Assembly (NCBI GenBank): GCA_963761335.1
Contig: CAVXGR010000016.1
Location: 1-64,000, forward strand
Reading direction: 5' to 3'
From: an uncultured delta proteobacterium
GTDB lineage: Bacteria > Desulfobacterota > Binatia > HRBIN30 > BPIQ01
DNA length: 64,000 bases
Positions within the stretch are counted from its first letter, which is position 1. Each line of letters opens with the position of its first letter. The notes beneath the pieces are model-generated. The model was not told where the DNA came from. It ran no database searches and saw nothing but the letters and a program-made list of their open reading frames with translations. Of the stretch, positions 22,068-31,576 are shown piece after piece. The position numbers and the translations under genes are program-made.

Positions 22068-25000
22068 ATGTCGACTTTGCAGATACGGAAGAGAGCCATG
22101 TCCATGGGCGCCGCCCTCGGCGCGCTCCTCATCGCCCTGTCCGGCTGCAGCAGCGGCGGCGGTGGCGGAAGCGCCGGCAGCCCCGTGGCGACGCCCACCC
22201 CGGTTCTGCGCAACGCGGTGACCAATCAGAATGGCAACGGCTCGACGACGTTGCGCATCGACAAGCTGGAGCTGATCGCGGGAGAGACCGTGGGCTTCAC
22301 GGTGATCCTGCGTGATGCCGGCGGCCAGCCGATCAGCGGCAAGGTCGTCAGTATCAGTCTGGCGGCCGGCGCGGGCGTTGCCATCGTCTCGAAGGACGAT
22401 CGCACCGATTCGAACGGCGAGCTGCACGGGACGCTGGAGGCGCGTTTCGGGGGCGTCTTCGCCGTCGATGCCGTTCCCAGCCAGGATTCCGGGCTTCCCA
22501 GTGTCGTCCTCAGCGTCATCGTCGCCGGCGGCGGCAGCCCGGCGACCCCGACCGGCACAGGCGGCATGGCCGGGCCGACCTCCACGCCGACGGCGGTGCC
22601 CGCCGATGCGGTGCAGCAGATCGTGGTGACCGCCGACGCGTCGCAGGTGAAGACCTCTACGGGCGGCGAAGTTCACCTCTCCATTCGCGCCTTCGACGAG
22701 CGCAACGCCGGGGTCGCCGGCGTTCGCATTCTCGTGCAGGCCAATCCCAGCGCCGGAATCTCCTTCGACAACGAGACGCCGACGACCGACGATACGGGTA
22801 CGGCAATGGTGACCATGACCGTTGCCGCGGGGACGTCGGTCGGCAGCGTCAGCGTGACGGCTGCTGCCGGCAGCAGCCAGGGCTCGGTGCCGATCGAGAT
22901 CGTCAGCGGTGGCCAGCAGGTGTCCACGGTGGCGCGCGTCATCGTGCAGGCAGCGCCGGCACAGATCTCCAGTACCGACGGCGGCTCCATTCAGCTCTCC
23001 ATCTTTGCCTTCGACTCCGCGAACGTCGGCGTGCCCAACGTCCGCTTGCTGCTCGACGCGGATCCGCGCTCCGGCTTTTCCTTCAACCCGCAGACGCCGG
23101 TCACCGACGACACCGGCAAGGCCACCAGCACGGTGCTGGTCGATACCGGCCTCGCGGCCGGCGACGTCAACATCACGGCCTCCGCCGGTGACATCGTCGG
23201 TCAGGTGCCGGTCACGATCGTCGCCGGAAGCGGTGTGACGCAGCCCGTGACCCGGGTGCGGTCGCTGATCGTGCAAGCCTCGCCGACCAGCATCAGCAGT
23301 GCTCTGGGGGGCACGATTGCGGTTACCGCGCAGGCCTTCGACGAGAACAATGTCGGTGTGCCCGGGGTGCGACTGCTGCTCGATGCCGACCCACGCGGCG
23401 GCACGGCGTTGAATCCGCAGACGCCGGTCACCAACTCCAATGGTGTGGCGACCAGCGTGATGACCATTCAGCCGGGTGTGTCCGTGGGCGATGTCGCCAT
23501 CAACGCCACCGCCGGCAGCGTGGCCGGCACCTTCAACCTGTCCGTGGTCTCCGGCGGCAGTGAGCGGCCGGTGGCCACCGTGGTTCTGGAGAGCGACCAG
23601 CCGACCATCGGAACGGACTCGGGCGGCACGGCTTCACTGCGCGCCCGCGTGCTGGATGCGGACAACATCGGTATTCCGGACGTCAATGTGCTTTTTCTCA
23701 CCGAGGTCGGAACGGTCAGCCCTGCCGTCGAGGTCACCTGCGGCGGCCAGGCGAATCCCTGCCCGCAGTCGCAAGCGGGCCTGGCGCAGACGACGCTGAT
23801 CATCCCCCCGGGCGCGGTGACGCGTGACTACAGCATCAGGGCCGTGGCGGGAGGTGTTATCGGCATCACCACACTCACGGTCGTGCCCGGCCGCGGGGGC
23901 ACCGGCACCGGCAATCCGAACGCCGCTGCTGGTGAGCCGGCCAGCCTGACCATCGGCGCGAGCCCCACGAGGATCCAGGTCACCGGAACCGGCGGAACGG
24001 AGCAGACGACCGTCATCGGCCGCCTCTTCGACAACAACAACAACCCTCTCTCCGGTCGCACGGTGACTCTGCGGGTGGTGCCGGATGTTCCCAACGGTGC
24101 CACCATGCTGCCGCTGAGCGTGCCCACCCCCGAGCCGGGCGCAACGCCGCTGCCGACCGCGTCGCGTCCGGAGAAATGCCTCGAGGATCCGGGACGGGCC
24201 CAAGCCCTGGCGGATGGCCATCTCACTCTGGGTGTCAGCGATCGCGCCGGCTTTATCCTGGCGTCGCTGCGGGCCGGCACCATCAGCGGCTCGGTCACCG
24301 TCGAGGCCTGCGTCGACTCGATGAACGCCGACGGCACCACCAGCACCATCATCACCAAGCAGCCGGTGGTGTCGGTCGCCGCCGGGCCACCGCAGGTGGT
24401 CTCGGTGGCGGTCAACAGCGCCTTCATCGACAACAACGATGGCACGCTCCTGACCACGGTCTCTGCCCTGGTGAAGGACAGCCACGGCAATGCCGCCGAG
24501 GACGGGACAGCCGTCTTCTTCGAGATCTCCGGCCGCAACGACGTGAACATCATCGGGGGCGCCACCACCAATCAGGTGCCTCCCTGCGACATCAGCCAGT
24601 TTACCGCGCAGACCGGTATTCCGGTGACGGCACAGCCGGGTACGGCGACCACCTGCATGTCGTACCCCGCCAGCCAGGCGGGAACGCTCGCGCACATCCG
24701 CGCCGAGTCCGGAGGCGTCAGCAACGAGGAGAATGGCATCGAGGACGAGGACTTCGCCCTGCCACCGGGGAGTGTGACCGGAGTGCCGAGCGGCACGGCC
24801 AGCGCGCGCCATTTCAGCCTGGCCTCGCAGTTCTTGAACCTCTCCGGGCGCATCCGCTTCGACCTGACCTCGGTGATCACCGCATTCGTCGCCGACCGCG
24901 ACGGTAACCCCGTGCATGGGGGCACGCCGGTTCGCTTCACCACCGATGGCGGCGGCATCACCAGCTTGAACACCACCGACCTGGTCGGGCGCGCCACCGC

Positions 25001-25589
25001 GAGCCTGCGCACGCAGGCGCCGATCCCCGACGACGGCATCGCCGTGGTCACCGCCACGGTCACCGGCGACGAGGACTTCTTCGATGTGGACGGCAACGGC
25101 GTCTACAACCCCGATGTCGACGTCTTTGACCCGGCGACACAAGACCAGAACGGCGACGGCGTGTGGAGCAGCGGCATCGACATCCACGCCCAGATCCCCG
25201 TCGTCTTCAGCGGCTTCACTAGCGTGCAAATCGATCCGCGGGGATTCCCCAGCGGCGCCTTCGAAGTCCATGGAGGCGGCGCCACCTGCTTCGACGTGCA
25301 CGTCTCCGACGCCTTCAACAACCCGATCGTGGGCGGCTCCATCGTCCGCGCGCAGGCGAGCAACAACCTGGAGCTTCTCGGCATCGATACGTACTCGGTG
25401 CCGGACAGCAATTCTAGCTGCGGTTTCGGCTCACCGGCGTGCGACTTCGCCTTCTGCGTCACGGCGGCGTCCGCTCCCACGACCGACGAGATCGCGTCCT
25501 TCTCCGTCTCCGTCGATTCCTCTGGGCTCGATGCCGGCGGCAACGGCAGCGTCGCCCAGAGCATCAACGGCGTCCTGCGGGCGCAGTGA
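22068..25589 (+). CDS. Large Ig-like (Big_1/invasin-like) repeat lipoprotein
   Basis: Lipobox LSGC, repeated ~100-aa beta-rich units (AFDE.N.GVPGVR.L...TPVT...G.AT), DxDGNG Ca-binding-like motifs near the C-terminus; start may be 22032. Confidence 0.85.
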   Translation: MSTLQIRKRAMSMGAALGALLIALSGCSSGGGGGSAGSPVATPTPVLRNAVTNQNGNGSTTLRIDKLELIAGETVGFTVILRDAGGQPISGKVVSISLAAGAGVAIVSKDDRTDSNGELHGTLEARFGGVFAVDAVPSQDSGLPSVVLSVIVAGGGSPATPTGTGGMAGPTSTPTAVPADAVQQIVVTADASQVKTSTGGEVHLSIRAFDERNAGVAGVRILVQANPSAGISFDNETPTTDDTGTAMVTMTVAAGTSVGSVSVTAAAGSSQGSVPIEIVSGGQQVSTVARVIVQAAPAQISSTDGGSIQLSIFAFDSANVGVPNVRLLLDADPRSGFSFNPQTPVTDDTGKATSTVLVDTGLAAGDVNITASAGDIVGQVPVTIVAGSGVTQPVTRVRSLIVQASPTSISSALGGTIAVTAQAFDENNVGVPGVRLLLDADPRGGTALNPQTPVTNSNGVATSVMTIQPGVSVGDVAINATAGSVAGTFNLSVVSGGSERPVATVVLESDQPTIGTDSGGTASLRARVLDADNIGIPDVNVLFLTEVGTVSPAVEVTCGGQANPCPQSQAGLAQTTLIIPPGAVTRDYSIRAVAGGVIGITTLTVVPGRGGTGTGNPNAAAGEPASLTIGASPTRIQVTGTGGTEQTTVIGRLFDNNNNPLSGRTVTLRVVPDVPNGATMLPLSVPTPEPGATPLPTASRPEKCLEDPGRAQALADGHLTLGVSDRAGFILASLRAGTISGSVTVEACVDSMNADGTTSTIITKQPVVSVAAGPPQVVSVAVNSAFIDNNDGTLLTTVSALVKDSHGNAAEDGTAVFFEISGRNDVNIIGGATTNQVPPCDISQFTAQTGIPVTAQPGTATTCMSYPASQAGTLAHIRAESGGVSNEENGIEDEDFALPPGSVTGVPSGTASARHFSLASQFLNLSGRIRFDLTSVITAFVADRDGNPVHGGTPVRFTTDGGGITSLNTTDLVGRATASLRTQAPIPDDGIAVVTATVTGDEDFFDVDGNGVYNPDVDVFDPATQDQNGDGVWSSGIDIHAQIPVVFSGFTSVQIDPRGFPSGAFEVHGGGATCFDVHVSDAFNNPIVGGSIVRAQASNNLELLGIDTYSVPDSNSSCGFGSPACDFAFCVTAASAPTTDEIASFSVSVDSSGLDAGGNGSVAQSINGVLRAQ

Positions 25590-25608
25590 ATCGGGGCTGA
25601 AGAGAAAT

Positions 25609-25695
25609 GGTGTTGAGGGGTTGGGGTGTTGGTGTTAGCGCCGGCTGCTGACGCCGCAACACCCCAACACCCCAACGCCCAACACCTCAACACCT
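25609..25695. repeat. Octamer-period inverted repeat element (GGTGTTGG type)
   Basis: ggtgttga-ggggttgg-ggtgttgg ... caacaccc x2, caacgcc, caacacct x2; overlaps the ddl stop. Confidence 0.8.
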
Positions 25696-26811
25696 CGTCT
25701 TCTTCAGCTGCCTCCGTCGCTCGTGCCGCTCGATCGCCAGCTCCACCAGGCGGTCGAGCAGAGCAGTGAAGCTCAGTCCCGAGGCTTCCCAGAGCTTGGG
25801 GTATTGGCTGATCGCGGTGAACCCGGGGATGGTGTTGAGCTCGTTGATGAAGACCCGCTGGCTGGCGCGTTCCAGAAAGAAGTCGACGCGGGCCATCCCC
25901 TCGCACTCGATGGTGTGAAAGGCGGTGATCGCCATGCGGCGGATCTCATCGGTCCGCTCCGCGGGCAGCGGCGCCGGGATGAGGAACGACGCACCTTCCG
26001 CATCCACGTACTTGGCCTCGTAGGAGTAGAAGTCCTGGCGCGGGCAGACCTCGCCCAGGACTGAGGCCTCGGCGGTCTGGTTGCCGAGGACGGAGCACTC
26101 GATCTCGCGGGCATCGACGCCGCGTTCGACGACGACCTTCTCGTCGTATTCGAATGCCCGGTGCAGGGCCGCCTGCAGCTGTGGCGTCTCTGCCACCTTG
26201 CTGATGCCGACCGAAGAGCCGAGGTTGGCGGGCTTGACGAAGACGGGCGTGCCGAGCTCCTGCAGCTTCTCCTGCCAGGCCGCCGGCTCCGCCTCCCACT
26301 GGTGGCGCCGCAGGGCGAAGAAGTCGACGACGGGAAGGCCGGCGGCCCGGAGCAGCCGCTTCTGCACGTCCTTGTCCATGCCCAGCGCCGATCCGAGAAC
26401 GCCGGCACCGACGTAGGCGACGTCCGCCAGCTCGAGCAGGCCCTGGATGGTGCCGTCCTCTCCGAAGGTGCCGTGCAGGATGGGGAACACCACGTCGAGT
26501 CGGGTCTCCGCGGTGGCGCCCTCTTGCAGGCGCAACAGGGCGCCGGCACTGGGAACGGGGGGCAGGACGACCTCCGCCGCGCCGGCGGCGATCCGCGGCA
26601 GGCTGGCGGCGGTGAGCCGTCGGAACTCTGGCCCCGAATGGCGGTGCCAGCGACCTTCAGGGTCGATGCCGATGAGCACGACCTCGTACTTGTCTCCATC
26701 GAGAGCCTCGAGCACGGCCCGCGCCGATCGCAGTGAGATCTCGTGCTCGCCGGAGCGGCCGCCGTAGATCAGCCCGAGCCGGAGCCGATGCCCCTGTGGA
26801 GTCTTGGCCAT
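25687..26811 (-). CDS. ddl: D-alanine--D-alanine ligase
   Basis: GGRSGEHEIS, LHGTFGEDGTIQG, GSSVG, FYSYEAKY, NELNTIPGFT. Confidence 0.97.
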   Translation of the reverse strand: MAKTPQGHRLRLGLIYGGRSGEHEISLRSARAVLEALDGDKYEVVLIGIDPEGRWHRHSGPEFRRLTAASLPRIAAGAAEVVLPPVPSAGALLRLQEGATAETRLDVVFPILHGTFGEDGTIQGLLELADVAYVGAGVLGSALGMDKDVQKRLLRAAGLPVVDFFALRRHQWEAEPAAWQEKLQELGTPVFVKPANLGSSVGISKVAETPQLQAALHRAFEYDEKVVVERGVDAREIECSVLGNQTAEASVLGEVCPRQDFYSYEAKYVDAEGASFLIPAPLPAERTDEIRRMAITAFHTIECEGMARVDFFLERASQRVFINELNTIPGFTAISQYPKLWEASGLSFTALLDRLVELAIERHERRRQLKKTRC

Positions 26812-26978
26812 TTCGCCGTTGTCCGTGGTTGCGCGGAAGATAGCACAGTTTGGCAAAGCCGACAGGGGCGGCACCGGCGCCCGCCGACTCGTTCCACGAG
26901 CGTGCGATAAAACCACTTGCGTCGACCCGGGTGGCTGTGGCTTAATTCGCTCATCTGAGAAACGGGTAGAGGACCTGG

Positions 26979-27161
26979 ATGCGACGCAATAGCCATATCG
27001 ATCATCGAGCCCAGCGACCGAATGCGGTCTGCGTGGGCGGCGCGGTGTGGTGTTCGCAGTCGCTGGGCGACGTGCGAGCTGCGGTCGTGGGTATGCTGTT
27101 CACCATTACGGCCAAGCCGACCAAGCCGTCCGGTGGCCTCCCCCTGGAGGAAAGCCCGTAG
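26979..27161 (+). CDS. Putative leader peptide (uORF) of an attenuator
   Basis: 60-aa ORF after RBS-like gagga; its 3' end covers the antiterminator strand; alternative start ATG 27093. Confidence 0.45.
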   Translation: MRRNSHIDHRAQRPNAVCVGGAVWCSQSLGDVRAAVVGMLFTITAKPTKPSGGLPLEESP

Positions 27162-27224
27162 CAGGGTAGAGAAATTTCTCAGGAGAGAAGGGGCCACCGG
27201 AAGAACCGGTGGCCCTTTTTTTTT
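27129..27224 (+). promoter_or_regulatory. Terminator/antiterminator switch upstream of XRE regulator
   Basis: Terminator gggccaccgg-aagaa-ccggtggccc + T9 (27191-27224); tccggtggcctc (27129-27140) can alternatively pair with 27190-27201. Confidence 0.7.
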
Positions 27225-27306
27225 GGTCCGGCGGCGGCGGCCGGGCCGGGCGGTCCGCGCATGGGGCGCGGAGGCCTGACGTAGATGCCTTGAGAGGAGG
27301 AGCAAG

Positions 27307-27579
27307 ATGGAGAGAATCGATCCACAGCTGGTTGCGCAGCGGCTGCGGCAGGTCGTGGCCGACGAGCCGAAGGCGTTTGCCTACGATGTCGGCGTCAGCC
27401 TGTCGGCCGTGTACAACTACCTGAACGGTCGCTTGCCTTCGACCGAGGTGCTGTTTCGCATTGCCCGCTACAGCGGGCGGCCGATGGAGTGGTTTCTCGA
27501 GGGAGAATCCATGGCCAGCGATGCCACTTCGATGTTGACGAAGGACACTACTCGGCCGCTGGCTGCCCGCGCCGCCTGA
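27307..27579 (+). CDS. XRE/Cro-CI family helix-turn-helix regulator
   Basis: Strong RBS aggagga; FAYDVGVSLSAVYNYLNGRLPSTEVLFRIA HTH pattern. Confidence 0.85.
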   Translation: MERIDPQLVAQRLRQVVADEPKAFAYDVGVSLSAVYNYLNGRLPSTEVLFRIARYSGRPMEWFLEGESMASDATSMLTKDTTRPLAARAA

Positions 27580-27585
27580 GAAGAA

Positions 27586-27679
27586 GTGGCTCGGTGGCTC
27601 GGTGACTGGGTGGCTCGGAGACTCCCTTCAGGTTGGGGCGAGGACCGAGACACTGAGAAACCGAGCCACCGAGAGACCG
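27586..27679. repeat. Octamer-period inverted repeat element (GTGGCTCG type)
   Basis: gtggctcg x2, gtgactgg, gtggctcg ... cgagacac, tgagaaac, cgagccac, cgagagac. Confidence 0.85.
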
Positions 27680-27686
27680 CGCTGCC

Positions 27687-27980
27687 TCAGCGCAGCACCG
27701 AGGCGACGATGGAGATCGCCTCGGGGCCGCGGGGCCCACTGTCGTCGTAGGTCATCTCGACGAGCACGCCGACGGTCAGCTCGGCCTGGGTGACGCTGGT
27801 GCCATTGGTGCGCTTCAGCTGCGATTGCGGCGTGATCTGCGCCGTCTGCCCGTCCACCTCTATCGAGCTGCCCCGCACCGCCTCGATCCTTCCGGATACC
27901 GTCTCTGGGCGTGCCCAGCACGGAGCGCAGAGCGCCAGCAGAAGCAGGGCGGCGACGATGGTCGTCGAGAGCCGTCTCAT
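27687..27980 (-). CDS. Small secreted DUF5666-like protein (copy 1)
   Basis: Signal peptide; G.IEA...I.V.GQ.AQIT...AEL.VG..V.M pattern shared with 36704..36988; ATG overlaps the pilY1 stop. Confidence 0.8.
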   Translation of the reverse strand: MRRLSTTIVAALLLLALCAPCWARPETVSGRIEAVRGSSIEVDGQTAQITPQSQLKRTNGTSVTQAELTVGVLVEMTYDDSGPRGPEAISIVASVLR

Positions 27981-30900
27981 CAGAATATCTCCCTCCAGTA
28001 AATCGGCACGATGTTCAGGGGTGGTCCGGGAAGGTTGACGCGCGGAATGGCGCCGCCGACGCCGACATAGCCGACGGCGTCGTTCTCGCGAATCGTCGGG
28101 GTCACCTCGGTGGGAATACTCGAGCCGATGTCGATGGAGCGGTCGCTCTTGTCGAGTTGGCCGCTCTGGTCGACATCGGTGGTCGCGCCGCCATCGTCGA
28201 AGCTCAGCCGGTAGAGGAAGGCATCGCCGCCGCCGTCGCACACCTCCTCGGTGGGCAGGAAGGTGGTGAAGAAGATGTCGAAGAAGGCAAGCGGAGATGC
28301 GAGGGCCTTCTCGCCCGGTGTGGTCAGGCGGATGTACCAACCCTTGCTGCTCGCCAGCTGGCTGGCCACGAGCTGCTTCTGGGCGGCGCTTCCCTGCTGT
28401 CCCAGGTCGTCGGTCACGTCCACCAGGTCGGCCTCGGTGCTCCCTGAGCTGAGGCCGTCGTCGCGAATCGCATACAGGCGGTCGGTGGTGGTCGTCTCCA
28501 GAGGGTTGGCGAGATCTCCGGTACCGAAGAGGACGTCGAGATAGCCTTGCTCGCGCACCAGATCGGGAGCGAAGAAGATGCGGTGCCCCGAGGGCGCCGA
28601 GAAGACCTTGGTCAGCGTCGACGGCAGGTCGAGTCGCCACATGTTGCCGCCCAGGTCCCCGAAGTAGACCAGATCCAGGGTTCCGTCGTCGTTGCTGTCG
28701 AGGGCCGAGACGTTGCTCGGCACCGGGTAGGAGAGCCCGCCGATGCTGCGGATCAGACTGCCGGTGAGGGCGTCGAGGATGAAGAGGCCGCGACCGACGG
28801 GGCTCGCGGTGTTTGGGCTGCTCTGCGCCGGGCTGTCGAATGCCGTGTCGAAGCCGGCACCGAAGATCGCCGCGTACTGGAAGGCGCTGCTGGTGCCGAT
28901 CTTCCCCAGAGCGGGGTCGGACCACGCCTGGCCGAGCTCGGACATGCCGGGGCTGTCGGGCCCGACCTGCCAGAGAAGACGCGGAGCGGTCTTGTTGGTG
29001 ACGTCGATGGCGTAGTAGTAGGGCCCGCCCCGCCGCAGACCGAAGACCACGATGAGGCGGCCGTCGTCGGTGCTCAGCAGCTTCGGCGAGCCGTCCGCGA
29101 GAAAGGGGTGGTTTGCCGACTCGCCGGGGAGCAGCTCCTTCAGCCGGGGCAGCACTGCCGGCGGAACGAAGGACCAGAGCTCCTGGCCGGTTTCGTCATC
29201 GAAGACGTGGAGCTGGCCGTCGTTCGCCGCCGCCATGATGATGCGATTGCCGTCGTAATTGATGACCAGAGGCGTCGAGTGGATGAAGTCGCCGAGGATC
29301 CAGTCGCGTTTCTCCGTCTCGTTGCCGTCCTCGTCGTCGTCGAAGACGTCCTCGCCGCGGACGTAGCGGATGACCTGGTCCCGCTCGGTGTCGTCGGCCA
29401 CCGCCAGCAGCGTCTTGTCGATGGCGGTATTTTCGGGCTGGAACGCGTTGGCGGCGGCGGTGAGGTCCGCATTGCCGAGATACGTATAGATGTTCCGGGG
29501 CGTGCTCCGCCGTACCAGCAGCTCGCCCACGCCGCCGCGGGTCACCGCGCCTCCCGAGGGCGTGGAGTCGTAGTAGGAGGCCGACTCCGGCAGCAGCGAT
29601 CCGTCCGTGGCCGTGGCCGGTGCTCCGCTGGGGCTGATCAGGTCGCCGTTGGCGTCGATCCCGTATTTCTTGATGTTGCCCGCCCAGAAGTTCGATGTTT
29701 GCAGCGGCTGGAAGAGGGCGATGTAGAGGCGGTCGCCGCTCTGTGTTCGCTTGAGCGCGTTCACCGGAACCACGGGCGCAACGAACGACTGGGCGTCGGT
29801 GACGATCAGGTTGATGGTGCGCCGCAGGGCGTCGGCGAGCTCGTCGGCGGTGGTCGCCGTGAAGTACTTGCCGCCGCCGTTCTCGGCGGTGCTCGCCAGC
29901 AGAGGATGGGAGATGTTGAAGCCGATGGTGAAGGTGGTGACGTTCTGCAGGCCATCCATCGAGGAGAGCAGGTCCTGGTGCTGTAGGACCCAGGCGACGT
30001 CGTCCATGTAGTCCGAGCCGCCGTTGATGTAGGCGTTGGTCGTCGGATCGGGGTCGTTGCCGTCGCCGTCCGGGTCGATGTTGGAGCCGAGCTTTGAGTG
30101 TAGCCAGTCCTCGATGTACGGATACTGCCCCGTGTAGTTGGCATTGAGCGAGTTGCCCTCGCCCTCGGGAATGCCGTCGGTGACGTTGACGATGTAGTTG
30201 CGCTGGCAGGGATACTGGATCGGCGAAGGATAACCGGGGAAGGTGCCCGCGAAGTAGTTGCCGGCGGCGATCATGCGATTCGCCGACGGCGTGCCGCCGT
30301 TCGCCCCCAGGCCGTTGACGATCGACAGGAGGGAGGAGTGGTTGTCATCGGCGATCGGCGCCTTCAGGATGCTCAGATCGTTGTGGTAGTTGCTGAAGGC
30401 CGAGCTGCTGAAGTTGCTGGCGTTCAGATTGTAGTTGCCGTTGTAGACCATGAGCCCAAAACGAATGTTGTCAGTGGCGGGGTTGTTCAGCAGGCTGGTG
30501 ATCACCGACTTCGCCACCTGGATCTTGTTGGGCACGCCGGACTCGTAGTTGCGGCGGTTTCCGAGCTCCTTGTAGACGGTGCGGTCGTCGACGCCGTCGT
30601 TGTCGTTGTCCTGGAACCCGCACTGGCCGTCGAACACCCTCCATGTATTGTTCTTGCGCCTGCAGCTGCAGTTCCCCGAGTAGCGGGTGCATCGGGTGTA
30701 GATCGTGGTTGGGTCGTAGGGGCCGGAGTAGGTCTGATTGGGATCGTAGACCGGAGCGTTGTTCATGCTGCCGGAGTTGTCGAACAGCAGTAGAACGTTG
30801 GGCTTGACGACCCGCCCGCCGAGGAGAATGTCGGTTTCGAGCGCCCTGGCACCGCCGCAGAGGATCAGCGTGGCGGCGATGGCGGTCCCGAGAAGCCACC

Positions 30901-31069
30901 GGTGACAGCGGCGCGGGCGCAGGAGCGAGAGCCCGGAGAAGCCCGGCGAATCCGGCCGGGGGTGGCGCCGCGCGACCGGCCAGAAACGGCGCGCGCGGTG
31001 CGGTCTCTCGCCGCTTGCGATTGCGGGCGAGGGACGGGCGGTGACGAGGTTCGGCTGAAGCGACCTCAT
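27980..31069 (-). CDS. pilY1: PilY1/PilC-like type IV pilus tip adhesin (copy 1)
   Basis: vWA MIDAS DNSGSM...TP...TDG, LGDFIHSTP, NDGQLH, YFGDLGGNMWR, C-terminal YWRE; start uncertain. Confidence 0.88.
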   Translation of the reverse strand: MRSLQPNLVTARPSPAIASGERPHRARRFWPVARRHPRPDSPGFSGLSLLRPRRCHRWLLGTAIAATLILCGGARALETDILLGGRVVKPNVLLLFDNSGSMNNAPVYDPNQTYSGPYDPTTIYTRCTRYSGNCSCRRKNNTWRVFDGQCGFQDNDNDGVDDRTVYKELGNRRNYESGVPNKIQVAKSVITSLLNNPATDNIRFGLMVYNGNYNLNASNFSSSAFSNYHNDLSILKAPIADDNHSSLLSIVNGLGANGGTPSANRMIAAGNYFAGTFPGYPSPIQYPCQRNYIVNVTDGIPEGEGNSLNANYTGQYPYIEDWLHSKLGSNIDPDGDGNDPDPTTNAYINGGSDYMDDVAWVLQHQDLLSSMDGLQNVTTFTIGFNISHPLLASTAENGGGKYFTATTADELADALRRTINLIVTDAQSFVAPVVPVNALKRTQSGDRLYIALFQPLQTSNFWAGNIKKYGIDANGDLISPSGAPATATDGSLLPESASYYDSTPSGGAVTRGGVGELLVRRSTPRNIYTYLGNADLTAAANAFQPENTAIDKTLLAVADDTERDQVIRYVRGEDVFDDDEDGNETEKRDWILGDFIHSTPLVINYDGNRIIMAAANDGQLHVFDDETGQELWSFVPPAVLPRLKELLPGESANHPFLADGSPKLLSTDDGRLIVVFGLRRGGPYYYAIDVTNKTAPRLLWQVGPDSPGMSELGQAWSDPALGKIGTSSAFQYAAIFGAGFDTAFDSPAQSSPNTASPVGRGLFILDALTGSLIRSIGGLSYPVPSNVSALDSNDDGTLDLVYFGDLGGNMWRLDLPSTLTKVFSAPSGHRIFFAPDLVREQGYLDVLFGTGDLANPLETTTTDRLYAIRDDGLSSGSTEADLVDVTDDLGQQGSAAQKQLVASQLASSKGWYIRLTTPGEKALASPLAFFDIFFTTFLPTEEVCDGGGDAFLYRLSFDDGGATTDVDQSGQLDKSDRSIDIGSSIPTEVTPTIRENDAVGYVGVGGAIPRVNLPGPPLNIVPIYWREIF

Positions 31070-31171
31070 CCCGACCACAACCACTGCAACCAGGCTGGCG
31101 CGGGCCAGTACAGAACCATGGAGACACTTCCGTCGAGGATCATGTGATTCACCTTTCCGGCGAGAGGGTGT

Positions 31172-31188
31172 TGCAAGCACCGTGCTAA
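31172..31188 (-). promoter_or_regulatory. Degenerate sigma54-like motif upstream of pilY1 copy 1
   Basis: Minus strand TTAGCAC-GGTGC-TTGCA; the conserved GG reads AG. Confidence 0.4.
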
Positions 31189-31529
31189 TCGAGCGGCATT
31201 TTCGAATCCCAACCGCGTCGAGGCGCGCTGGGCTCCCGCAGGCGTGCCTGACCGCCGCCCCAAGCGCCCGGTCACACGCCCCGTCGAAATCGCCGAGCCG
31301 CTGTCGAGGTGATGTCACAGCGACACTCTGGTGGCGCTGATCCAGCATATGCCTGGTCAGGTGCCTGAAATCGAGGCGCCTGTGCGCTGCCGCGGCAAGA
31401 CTGTCGTGGCTCGTACCGCCGTCGGCCCCCTGCCTCTCCGCGGACAAAACAATCGGGGGCCCGTCACCTCAGCGACGGTCCCATTATCTATCTCCTCGGA
31501 TCGAGGGCGGCGGAGCACGCCCCGGGAGA

Positions 31530-31545
31530 TGGCACTTCGTATGCA
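31530..31545 (+). promoter_or_regulatory. sigma54 promoter of the minor pilin operon
   Basis: TGGCAC-TTCGT-ATGCA, GG-N10-GC, ~30 bp before GTG 31577. Confidence 0.7.
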
Positions 31546-31576
31546 GAGATCGGTAGCGTTAAGTGAGTCCTCCAGT

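Noticed and set aside
26843..26880. c-di-GMP-I riboswitch-like GCACAG..GGCAAA
   Set aside because: No GNRA-capped P2 or GACGCAAAGC continuation.
26949..27000. SAM-I riboswitch-like start (ctcATCtGAG...GAGGacCTGG)
   Set aside because: The downstream GCAACC and GTGC core elements are missing; the uORF attenuator explains the region better. An Rfam scan would settle it.
31070..31576. Long N-terminal extensions of pilY1 (to 31447) and fimT (from 31331) in the ORF track
   Set aside because: They overlap each other and the sigma54 motifs; signal and prepilin sites point to later starts.
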